From assembly GCA_964486065.1 (NCBI GenBank), contig CAZAKN010000001.1:80657-144656 (forward strand): a DNA stretch of 64,000 bases, in the 5' to 3' direction. Made by a program: the position numbers and the translations under genes. The notes under the pieces were generated by a model. That model had not been told where the DNA came from. It saw only the letters and a program-made list of their open reading frames with translations, and did not search any database. The DNA is from an uncultured Gammaproteobacteria bacterium (GTDB lineage Bacteria > Patescibacteriota > Patescibacteriia > UBA11705 > JABHMO01). Shown in pieces: positions 37,626 through 46,482 of the stretch; positions within the stretch are counted from its first letter, which is position 1, and every line of letters starts with the position of its first letter.

Positions 37626-37976
37626 TTAAACTAATTCAAGTAAAGCCATCGGAGCATTATCTCCTGAACGGCGTCCCAATTTAATGATTCTGGTATATCC
37701 ACCCGGTCTTTCTTGATATTTAGGACCGATTTCTTTCAATAATTTCTTAACCGCCTTTTCATCGTAAAAATATTTATTCAAAGTTTGCTTATTGGAATAG
37801 TTATCTTGTTTGCTTAAAGTAATATATTTTTCCACCACCGGTCGCAATGCTTTTACTCTGGCTTCCGTAGCTTCCACTTTTCCGTGAATAACAAAATCAG
37901 TGGCCAACCCTCGCAATAAAGCTTTTCGCGGAGCAACTTTTAAACTCAATTTTGGAGTTTTCATTCTATGTCTCAT
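37626..37976 (-). CDS. rplQ: 50S ribosomal protein L17
   Basis: 116 aa; MRHRMKTPKLS... L17 signature; follows rpoA. Confidence 0.9.
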   Translation of the reverse strand: MRHRMKTPKLSLKVAPRKALLRGLATDFVIHGKVEATEARVKALRPVVEKYITLSKQDNYSNKQTLNKYFYDEKAVKKLLKEIGPKYQERPGGYTRIIKLGRRSGDNAPMALLELV

Positions 37977-38009
37977 ATCCGGTGATTAATATTCGCTTAT
38001 TAAAATTAT

Positions 38010-38708
38010 TTATTCTTTTTTCTCTCCGGCCAATAAGTTAAAATGGTCCATTAAAATACCTGTTGCTTGTTGAACCGCCTCTTCCGGAGTAATTGTACCG
38101 TCTGTTTCAATTTCCATTTCCAATTTATCATAATTGGTGATATCACCCACACGAGTCGGAACCACTTTCATACCCACATTATTTACCGGGGAGAACAAAG
38201 CGTCCACCAAAATCGTGCCTATTTCAATATCTTCTTTACTTCTTTCTTCAGTCGGCAAATAACCTCTTCCCTGTTGGACCGTAATTTCCATGGAAAGTTT
38301 GGCTTTAGCGTCGGTTAAATCGGCTATTACCAAATCGGGATTAACAATTTCCACATCACTGTTTTTTTCAAAGTCAGCCGCTGTTACTTGTTTTTTCCCT
38401 TCAGCGTTTAATGATATTTTAACCGGTTCAGAACTGTGTACTTTCACGCGTAATCCTTTCAGATTCAAGCAAATCGCCAAAACATCTTCTTTAACATTAT
38501 CAATGGTTGAGAATTCTTGTTGCGCTCCATCTATTTTAACAGCGGTAACCGCCGCGCCGGGTAAAGATGACAAAAGTACTCTTCGCAAAGCGTTACCAAT
38601 AGTCGTGCCGTAACCGAAATAACATGGCTCAACGACCAAAGTGGCTTTATTGGGTTGTTTTTTATCAGCTTCGTAAGAAATTTTTGATGGCAAAAGTAAC
38701 TTTTCCAT
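38010..38708 (-). CDS. rpoA: DNA-directed RNA polymerase subunit alpha (N-terminal domain only, 232 aa)
   Basis: RpoA NTD motifs (GYGTTIGNALRRVLLSSLPGAAVTAVKIDG); no C-terminal domain encoded before rplQ. Confidence 0.85.
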   Translation of the reverse strand: MEKLLLPSKISYEADKKQPNKATLVVEPCYFGYGTTIGNALRRVLLSSLPGAAVTAVKIDGAQQEFSTIDNVKEDVLAICLNLKGLRVKVHSSEPVKISLNAEGKKQVTAADFEKNSDVEIVNPDLVIADLTDAKAKLSMEITVQQGRGYLPTEERSKEDIEIGTILVDALFSPVNNVGMKVVPTRVGDITNYDKLEMEIETDGTITPEEAVQQATGILMDHFNLLAGEKKE

Positions 38709-38725
38709 AATTTTATTTTTATTTT

Positions 38726-39361
38726 TTATCTTGAATAAAACTCAGTTATCAATTTTAAATCATAACCGGCAGGTCGTTTAACAATGTCGGGTTCACCGAT
38801 TACCGTTACTGATAAATCTTTAACATCCATAGCCAACCATTCAGCCAATTCATGATTTTTCAATCTTTCTTTCAAATCAATGAATACCGGCATTTCCAAA
38901 CTCTTTTCACTAATAGTTATTTTATCCTGCTTTCTGACTTGGTATGAAGGAATATCCAACTTTTTTCCGTTTATTAAAAAGTGTCCATGACTGACCAATT
39001 GTCTGGCCAAATCACGACTTTTGGCGAATCCAGATAAGTACACAACATTATCCAATCTTCTTTCCAGTAATTTGTATAAATTCTCACCGGTATCACCTTC
39101 TTGATTAATTGCTTTATCAAAATAATTTCTGAATTGCTTTTCCAGCAAACGATAAGTCTTCTTGGCTTTTTGTTTTTCTCTAAGCTGAGTTCCGTAACCA
39201 GTCAAACGACGATGGCTACCTTGTTTGGGGCCATGCACGCCAGGAATATAGTTACGCTTAACCATGGCGCATTTAGAGCTGTTACAACGATCACCCTTAA
39301 GAAACAGCTTAACGCCTTCTCTTCTACATTGTTTACATTTATTCTCTAAATTTCTAGCCAT
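38726..39361 (-). CDS. rpsD: 30S ribosomal protein S4
   Basis: 211 aa; N-terminal Cys-containing region and S4 domain. Confidence 0.9.
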   Translation of the reverse strand: MARNLENKCKQCRREGVKLFLKGDRCNSSKCAMVKRNYIPGVHGPKQGSHRRLTGYGTQLREKQKAKKTYRLLEKQFRNYFDKAINQEGDTGENLYKLLERRLDNVVYLSGFAKSRDLARQLVSHGHFLINGKKLDIPSYQVRKQDKITISEKSLEMPVFIDLKERLKNHELAEWLAMDVKDLSVTVIGEPDIVKRPAGYDLKLITEFYSR

Positions 39362-39363
39362 AT

Positions 39364-39846
39364 TTATACTCTTCTTGGTTTCCGTTTCCTACATCCATTA
39401 TGAGGAATCGGAGTTACATCTTTAATTGAAATCACATTTAAACCATTAGCGTTCAAGGCTCTTACCGCTGATTCTCTACCCATTCCTACGCCTTTTACGA
39501 AAACCGAAACATCACGCAAACCATATTCTTTGGCTTTTTCCACCGCTGTTTTAACGATTATACTGGCCGCGAAAGGAGTCGCTTTTTTAGGACCTTTAAA
39601 TCCGTTGACTCCAGCACTTGACCACGCCAATACATTTCCATTTTGATCAGTCAAAGTGATAATCGTGTTATTATAAGTGGCTTGAATATACGCATTACCG
39701 ATTGAAACACTTCTCAAATTTTTTCTTTTCTTTGATTTAATGGCTTTCTTGCCTTTAACCTTGGTCGGTTTTTCAGCCTTAACCGAAGCCCCAGATTCTC
39801 CTGTGGCTTGTTTATTCTCAGTTGAAACGGTTTTTTCTTCTGGCAT
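39364..39846 (-). CDS. rpsK: 30S ribosomal protein S11 (N-terminally extended)
   Basis: 160 aa; S11 core ([24 protein letters not shown]). Confidence 0.9.
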   Translation of the reverse strand: MPEEKTVSTENKQATGESGASVKAEKPTKVKGKKAIKSKKRKNLRSVSIGNAYIQATYNNTIITLTDQNGNVLAWSSAGVNGFKGPKKATPFAASIIVKTAVEKAKEYGLRDVSVFVKGVGMGRESAVRALNANGLNVISIKDVTPIPHNGCRKRKPRRV

Positions 39847-39875
39847 AATAATATTTATCTAAAGTTTTCTGCTAT

Positions 39876-40265
39876 TTAAGTTTTTTGAGCTCCCGGTTTT
39901 CTACCACTACCCAAAGTAACTTTTCTATTTCCGCGAGTAGTACGACTATTTGTTTTGGTTTTTTGGCCATGGCAAGGCAATTTCTTTGCATGACGACTAC
40001 CTCTGTAAGATTTTATTTCTTTCAATCTTTTAACATTCGCCGCAATATCTCTGCGTAATGAACCTTCCACAACCAATTGTTTTTCAATAACTTCTCTTAA
40101 TTTATTGATTTGCTCATCATTTAAATCCTTTACGCGGATATTCTCATCAATTTTCAAATCATTTAAAATTTTCTCCGCTGTAGTCAAGCCGACACCATAA
40201 ACATAAGTCAGCCCCACGACCACTCTTTTTTCATTTGGTAAATGCACACCTGCTATTCTTGCCAT
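39876..40265 (-). CDS. rpsM: 30S ribosomal protein S13
   Basis: 129 aa; MARIAGV... S13 signature. Confidence 0.9.
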   Translation of the reverse strand: MARIAGVHLPNEKRVVVGLTYVYGVGLTTAEKILNDLKIDENIRVKDLNDEQINKLREVIEKQLVVEGSLRRDIAANVKRLKEIKSYRGSRHAKKLPCHGQKTKTNSRTTRGNRKVTLGSGRKPGAQKT

Positions 40266-40270
40266 AAAAT

Positions 40271-40384
40271 TTATCCTTGTCTTTGTTTATGTTTAGCATT
40301 TTTGCAAATAACATGAACTCGCCCTTTTCGGCGAATCACTTTACAATCTTTGCAAATTTTTTTAGCTGAAGCTCTTACCTTCAT
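40271..40384 (-). CDS. rpmJ: 50S ribosomal protein L36
   Basis: Hand translation of minus strand: [37 protein letters not shown] (37 aa, C-x2-C-x12-C-x... zinc ribbon); below ORF-track length cut-off. Confidence 0.85.
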   Translation of the reverse strand: MKVRASAKKICKDCKVIRRKGRVHVICKNAKHKQRQG

Positions 40385-40404
40385 ATTTGAGAATTCCTTT
40401 GAAA

Positions 40405-40620
40405 TTAATATCTGTAAACAATTCGGCCTTTGGTTAAATCATATGGGGTCATTTCCACTTTAACTTTATCCCCCACCAAAATCCTAATACGATTCATTTT
40501 CATTTTTCCGCCCAAATGAGCCGTAATCTCATGTCCGTTTTCCAGCCGGACTTTAAACGCTGTTGAGGGCAGTAGTTCTTCAACCATGCCACTCATTTCA
40601 ATTAGATCTTTTTTAGCCAT
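40405..40620 (-). CDS. infA: Translation initiation factor IF-1
   Basis: 71 aa; S1-like fold sequence highly typical of InfA. Confidence 0.9.
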   Translation of the reverse strand: MAKKDLIEMSGMVEELLPSTAFKVRLENGHEITAHLGGKMKMNRIRILVGDKVKVEMTPYDLTKGRIVYRY

Positions 40621-40809
40621 GTCTCAAAAAAAGTAACTTAATTATATATGATTATAGAAATATGTCAATAATAACAAATACATTATGCTTAATAGTGCAT
40701 ATTGTTTAATTTAAATAATAATTTTTTGCTAAATTAACTATAATTGTATTGTATTGTAAAAGTATCTGTTTTGTCAAGTTATCAACAAAACGGGTTGTCT
40801 AAATTTAGA

Positions 40810-42612
40810 CTATCTTGCAAATAATTTTTTTAAGTCATTTTCACGCAATTCTACCACTGCCGGCCGACCATGAATGCAACTGTAAGGGTTTTCTTGTTTA
40901 TCCATATCATTTATCAGAGCCTCCATTCCCCTTTCACTTAATTCGTCACCGAATTTTATCGCGCCTTTGCAGGCCATGGATTTCAAAATCCTATCAATCG
41001 GAGCTTGAATTTTTTCTTCATCCAATATATCCAATGAAATTTCCAATAAATTGCCTAAAATTTCCATCAACAATTCCTTAATATCAGAATCAACGAGAAA
41101 TTGCGGAACCGCCGAAACACTAACCGTCTGTCCACTTAATAACGCAACTTCAAATCCCAACCGGTTTAACAATTCTTCGCTTTCATCCGTCAATCTGTAT
41201 TCTTGTGGCGACAATTCCAAATTCTGAGGCAAAAGCAACTTTTGACTGGCCAAGCGTCCGATTTTCCATTGATCCTTCAACCTTTCATATCTAATCCTTT
41301 CGGAACAAGCATGTTGATCGTAAATTTTCATTCCATGTTCGGTTTCCACTATTATATACGCTTTTTTTACTTGCCCGACGATTTTAAACGGCTGCGCCGG
41401 GCTTTGCATGGAGGGAGTAATTTGCTCGGATTCATAAATTTCATCAATTTGCTTATTCAATTCACTAATTTCTTTATTAAAAATAACAGCCTGTTCGTTT
41501 TGTTTAATTGAAGAACCGAAAAATCCTCCACCATTTGCTTTCCCTTTGATTGAAAAACCGACTTTTTTCTCCTCGTAAAAATCAGTTTCTTGATAATTCT
41601 CTTTTTGTGTGGGAAAACTTTTGGTCAAATCATGAGAATCCAAAACCGCGGTTACCGCTTTGTAAACATTACGATACACAGCTTGCGGATCGGAAAATCT
41701 AACTTCCAACTTACGCGGATGAACATTTACATCCACCGCTTTGTTATCAATCGCAATATTCAAGATATAAACAGGAAACAAATTATTCGCAATCAAAGTG
41801 TTATAAGCTTCTTTGATCTGTTTGGCTATGACATATTCATTCACCGGACGCTCATTAATAAATAAATATTGCAATTTACGATTATTGCGGGCGATTTCCG
41901 GTTTTCCGATAAATCCATTTATACTTATCCCCTCTCTTAAAATACTTATCGGTAAAAGAGCGCGACCGATATTTTCACCCAAAACATCACTGATTCTTTT
42001 CAATGATTCTTCCGCCGGAAAATGATATATTTTCTTATTATTATGCAATAATCTCCAAGTTATTTTCGGATAACCGAGAGCAAATTTCAAAAACAAATCA
42101 ACAATATGATTATATTCGGTAACCGCGGTTTTTAAATATTTTTTTCTGACCGGAATTTTCCCGAATAAATCCGAAACCCGAACCGTGGTTCCTCGTGCCA
42201 CGCCGATTTCTTTGGTCTCAATTTTTCCGTCAATCAAAGATAATTCAATACCCGATAAGGATTTCTCCGTTTTACTGATTAAGGAAAATTCACTGACCGC
42301 TGAAATACTGGCCAAAGCTTCGCCACGAAATCCCATAGTCTTTATGGCAAACAAATCTTCTTGCGTATTCAGCTTACTGGTGGCGTGCTGTTCCACTGAC
42401 AACAAAGCATTCTGTTTATCCATGCCCACTCCATTATCCGACACTTTTATCAAATCAATACCCCCACCCATAATTTCTATCTCAATATTATCAGCACCGG
42501 CATCCACGGAATTTTCCACCAATTCTTTAACTACTGAAGCGGGTCTTTCCACCACCTCACCGGCCGCGATTTGATCTATTAATTCTTTGGGAAGTTTTTT
42601 TATATCGTTCAT
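40810..42612 (-). CDS. mutL: DNA mismatch repair protein MutL
   Basis: 600 aa; GHKL ATPase motifs (ELVENSVDAGA, DNGVGM) and C-terminal dimerisation domain. Confidence 0.9.
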   Translation of the reverse strand: MNDIKKLPKELIDQIAAGEVVERPASVVKELVENSVDAGADNIEIEIMGGGIDLIKVSDNGVGMDKQNALLSVEQHATSKLNTQEDLFAIKTMGFRGEALASISAVSEFSLISKTEKSLSGIELSLIDGKIETKEIGVARGTTVRVSDLFGKIPVRKKYLKTAVTEYNHIVDLFLKFALGYPKITWRLLHNNKKIYHFPAEESLKRISDVLGENIGRALLPISILREGISINGFIGKPEIARNNRKLQYLFINERPVNEYVIAKQIKEAYNTLIANNLFPVYILNIAIDNKAVDVNVHPRKLEVRFSDPQAVYRNVYKAVTAVLDSHDLTKSFPTQKENYQETDFYEEKKVGFSIKGKANGGGFFGSSIKQNEQAVIFNKEISELNKQIDEIYESEQITPSMQSPAQPFKIVGQVKKAYIIVETEHGMKIYDQHACSERIRYERLKDQWKIGRLASQKLLLPQNLELSPQEYRLTDESEELLNRLGFEVALLSGQTVSVSAVPQFLVDSDIKELLMEILGNLLEISLDILDEEKIQAPIDRILKSMACKGAIKFGDELSERGMEALINDMDKQENPYSCIHGRPAVVELRENDLKKLFAR

Positions 42613-42642
42613 ATATAATCAATTTATCATGGTGTTTTTTTT

Positions 42643-42679
42643 AAAGCAAAAAGGCGTTTGGGAAATGTCCCCAAACGCC
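42643..42679 (-). terminator. Rho-independent terminator (GGCGTTTGGG-7nt-CCCAAACGCC followed by U-rich tract on minus strand)
   Basis: Perfect 10-bp stem seen in sequence between mutS and mutL. Confidence 0.6.
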
Positions 42680-42898
42680 CCCGATGGCGTAAAGGCTTCG
42701 TTCAGCCGTTGAAAACTTCGGCTTAAGGATTACTCGCGGAGAAAACCTTGCCAATCTGGGGAGAGATTGGAATCGCAAATACCATGAATGATTTTGCCGG
42801 CAGGTTCAGACCGAACAGGGCGTGAAAAATCGCCGTCTCACACGAAAATCCAATCCTTTACCCATCTATCTATATTTTACAATTATAATATCAAGAGG

Positions 42899-45466
42899 TC
42901 AATCTTCAATTTGATCTTTAATTTCCGATAATTTTTTCAATGCCTCCAAAGGAGTTAAATCATTTATCTCCAATTGTTTTAAATTATCCAAAATTTTATT
43001 GTTTTCCAAATCGGCTGGATTAAACAACATGCTTTTTTGTTCAATCTTTTTTTCACTTTTTTGCAAAGCGGTTTTAGCTTCCAAATTTTTCAATATTTGA
43101 TTGGCTCTGTTAATCAACTTTAATGGCAAGCCGGCCAATTTTGCGACTTCAATTCCATAACTCTCAGAAGTCGCGCCTTTCACGATTTTATGCAAAAAAA
43201 CAACTTGACCTTGATTTTCGCTAACCGCCACACAATAATTCACAGCGTGCGGCAATTGTTCGACTAACTCCGTCAATTCATGATAATGCGTGGCAAACAT
43301 GGTTTTAGCGCGAATATTCTCGTGAATATGCTCAATCAACGCCCAAGCAATACTCAATCCGTCATAAGTGGAAGTGCCTCTGCCCAATTCGTCAAGAATA
43401 ATCAAAGATTGCGAAGTTGCGTTATTCAAAATATTGGCCGCTTCTTGCATTTCCACCATAAAAGTTGACGAACCGTCCGCCAAATTATCGGACGCTCCAA
43501 CGCGAGTGAAAATGCGATCCAAAACCGCCAAATCAGCTTCTTCCGCCGGAACAAAACAACCGATTTGAGACATCAGACAAATTAAAGCTGTTTGACGCAA
43601 ATAACTGGACTTACCACTCATATTGGGTCCGGTAATCAATAAGAACTCTTCTTCTTCATTCAATTGCAAATCATTGGGCACATATTTTTCCTTTTGAATT
43701 TTTTCTATTACCGGATGACGACCGGATTTAATTTTAATTTGTCCCGTTTCATTCAAATGAGGTCGGCAATAATCATTTTCCCAAGCTATTTGAGCGAATC
43801 CCGCCAAGGCGTCCAATGTGGCCAAATTATTTGCGGCGATTTGTATTTGCTTGAAATATTGGCCGATTTTTTCCACCGCTTCAATAAAAATTTGTCTTTC
43901 TAAATTGATAATTTTATCCTCAGCCCCCAAAATCTTATCTTCATATTCCTTCAATTCCGGAGTGATAAATCTTTCCGCGTTAACCAATGTTTGCTTACGA
44001 ATATATTCTTGTGGCGCTTGAGCCAAATTCGCTTTACTGATTTCAATATAATAACCGAAAACCTTATTATATTTGACTTTTAAAGAATTAATTCCCGTGC
44101 GAGTTACTTCTTTGGCTTGATATTCCGCCAGCCAATCTTTTCCGCCTCTGGCTATTTTACGAAGCTCATCAAGTTGTTCATTAAACCCATCGGCGATCAT
44201 GTCTCCTTCATTGATACCTACGGCAGGCTCAGCTTTGAAAACTTTTTCAATATAATCGCATATTTCTTGATGTTCTCCCAAATCTTCCATCATTTTTTCA
44301 ATTATCTCAATTTGGCTTTTCAGCAAAATCGCTTTTATTTCCGGTATTTTGGTTAAACCGTTTTTTAATGAAACAATGTCCCGCGCGTTGGCACGACGAC
44401 AACCGAGCTTTCCCAAAATTCTTTCTAAATCGGGAATTTCCTTCAAGGCTGTTTGCAATTTAGATAATTTATCACGATTATTTTTCAAATATTCCACTGT
44501 TGCGTGACGATCTTCTATTTGTTTCTTATTTTTAAGCGGTTGCAACAACCAACGACGCAACATTCTTCCTCCCATATTGGTCAAGGTGGAATCAATTACC
44601 GACAGAAGACTACCTTCAAATTCTCCACGCATGGCCGTTCTCAACAATTCCAAATTATGAATCGTTGATTCATCCAAAACCATATAATTTTCAAAATCAT
44701 GTCGCGTAATCTTCGTAATATGATCCAGGGCGACTTTTTGCGTTTCTTTTAAATAACCGAGCAACTTCGCGCCGGCCGATATCCCCACGGATAAATTATC
44801 CACTCCGTAACTTTGTAAATTTTTTTGATGAAAATGATTCAATAAAATACTCTTTTGATTTTCATAAACTTTCAAATCAAAAATATGTTGATTCCTAAAA
44901 TTATCAAATAAACTCTTGCACTCCGAGTTTTTCGACAACTCTTTGCCCAGAATTAATTCCGATGGAGCGAACCTGAAGATTTCATTTCGCAAAACATTGA
45001 AATCAAAAGTTTGCGCGATTTTAAATTCACCGGTGGTTAAATCCGCGGCCGCAAGTCCCCATTCATTTTTTTCGTTTACCACGGATACAATGTAATTGTT
45101 TTTCTTGCTTTGCAAGGCCAAATCTTCAAGTGTCGTCCCCGGAGTAACAAGTCTTGAAACTTGTCTTTTAACCAAACCCGGCCCACTCGGATCACCGACT
45201 TGGTCGCAAATCGCTACGCGATGATTAGCGTTTATCAGTTTAACCAAATAATTTTCCAAAGCATGATAAGGAACCCCGCACATGGGAATTTCATTCTCTT
45301 TTCCTTTATTTCTTGCGGTTAATACTATTTCCAAAATTTTTGATGCTTTTCTGGCATCCTCACCGAACAATTCGTAAAAATCACCCAATCTGAACATCAA
45401 CAATTCATCGGGATATTGTTCTTTTACTTCAAAATATTGTTTTAGCATTGGAGTAAGTTCACGCAT
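42899..45466 (-). CDS. mutS: DNA mismatch repair protein MutS
   Basis: 855 aa; N-terminal mismatch-binding domain (GDFYELF), Walker A (GPNMSGKS) ABC ATPase. Confidence 0.9.
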   Translation of the reverse strand: MRELTPMLKQYFEVKEQYPDELLMFRLGDFYELFGEDARKASKILEIVLTARNKGKENEIPMCGVPYHALENYLVKLINANHRVAICDQVGDPSGPGLVKRQVSRLVTPGTTLEDLALQSKKNNYIVSVVNEKNEWGLAAADLTTGEFKIAQTFDFNVLRNEIFRFAPSELILGKELSKNSECKSLFDNFRNQHIFDLKVYENQKSILLNHFHQKNLQSYGVDNLSVGISAGAKLLGYLKETQKVALDHITKITRHDFENYMVLDESTIHNLELLRTAMRGEFEGSLLSVIDSTLTNMGGRMLRRWLLQPLKNKKQIEDRHATVEYLKNNRDKLSKLQTALKEIPDLERILGKLGCRRANARDIVSLKNGLTKIPEIKAILLKSQIEIIEKMMEDLGEHQEICDYIEKVFKAEPAVGINEGDMIADGFNEQLDELRKIARGGKDWLAEYQAKEVTRTGINSLKVKYNKVFGYYIEISKANLAQAPQEYIRKQTLVNAERFITPELKEYEDKILGAEDKIINLERQIFIEAVEKIGQYFKQIQIAANNLATLDALAGFAQIAWENDYCRPHLNETGQIKIKSGRHPVIEKIQKEKYVPNDLQLNEEEEFLLITGPNMSGKSSYLRQTALICLMSQIGCFVPAEEADLAVLDRIFTRVGASDNLADGSSTFMVEMQEAANILNNATSQSLIILDELGRGTSTYDGLSIAWALIEHIHENIRAKTMFATHYHELTELVEQLPHAVNYCVAVSENQGQVVFLHKIVKGATSESYGIEVAKLAGLPLKLINRANQILKNLEAKTALQKSEKKIEQKSMLFNPADLENNKILDNLKQLEINDLTPLEALKKLSEIKDQIED

Positions 45467-45567
45467 ATTACATTATCTTATCAAATACTGTCGGAAAAAC
45501 AATCTTTGACATCGTGGAAAATTGTGGTAAAAAAAACAGCTTATTTTCATACTCTGTTTCACTATAA

Positions 45568-46482
45568 TTACTTTGAATATGAAATCGTAAAATAGCTGGT
45601 AGTAAAATCAGGATCATTACCTGATATTATATATGAATTGGAATGATTAATAATATTAACCTCACGATTATCCAAGATTTCCATAGTTCTCATCAAAATC
45701 TTCAAACAAATTGGCGAATCCAAATAATCACTATTAAATTCATCAAAAAATTTATAATTCCAATCATTAATTGCTCGTTCCGTTTCAGCATCTTTACTTT
45801 CAGCTTCATCAAAAGATAAATAATGGGAAAAATCAATGGAAGCAATCAGCAAAGAATTCTCGTCGGATTCTTTAGCAATACTTTGTGATAAAGTTTCCAA
45901 ATCATTAAAACGAGAAGTGAATATCATAGGAACAATTTCAGCTTCCGGAAAATAATAATTAATATATGGAATCAATACTTTTAGAGAGTGTTCTCTGTAA
46001 TATTGATTATAATCGTAATCAATATAATTATTTTCTCTAATTTTCAATAATGTTTGTTTATCAATATCAATTTTCTCAGCATTGATCTCAAAACCGGCCG
46101 GATAACTTATAATCGGCTCCCCTTGATCTTCATGATTTGGTCCGATTAAAAAAATTTTTTTTACATCTCGACAAGAAACCTTACTCATGGCTTCGGCAAT
46201 CAAATCCCCCGCCAAATTATGATGCGGCACAACTAAACCTTGAGGATAGACCTTGCAATTATCTTTAATTAATGGATAGTCTTTAACCGCATTATAAAAA
46301 TACACATCATTCATTGCAATATGAATGAATTCAGAACTGTCTCTAACAATCCGTTTATTTATTGTTTTGTTTTGGATTTCAAAAATATTATTATTATCAA
46401 TTGGCAATAAAATAAAAATCATACCGGCAATCAATATGATTACCGATATGATTAATAATAATTTCTTCTTACTCAAGCGCAT
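45568..46482 (-). CDS. Membrane-anchored MEMO1-family (AmmeMemoRadiSam system protein B-like) protein
   Basis: 304 aa; N-terminal TM helix; Memo-like motifs (VVPHHNLAGD..., REHSLKVLIPYI); start codon overlaps stop of giant upstream gene (TAATG). Confidence 0.6.
   Translation of the reverse strand: MRLSKKKLLLIISVIILIAGMIFILLPIDNNNIFEIQNKTINKRIVRDSSEFIHIAMNDVYFYNAVKDYPLIKDNCKVYPQGLVVPHHNLAGDLIAEAMSKVSCRDVKKIFLIGPNHEDQGEPIISYPAGFEINAEKIDIDKQTLLKIRENNYIDYDYNQYYREHSLKVLIPYINYYFPEAEIVPMIFTSRFNDLETLSQSIAKESDENSLLIASIDFSHYLSFDEAESKDAETERAINDWNYKFFDEFNSDYLDSPICLKILMRTMEILDNREVNIINHSNSYIISGNDPDFTTSYFTISYSK

Noticed and set aside
42613-42898. SRP (4.5S) RNA, 6S RNA or tmRNA in the mutS-mutL spacer
   Set aside because: No GGAA-tetraloop/AGCAGC SRP domain IV signature and no tRNA-like end. 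Too short for tmRNA or RNase P. Left as an unassigned structured spacer.
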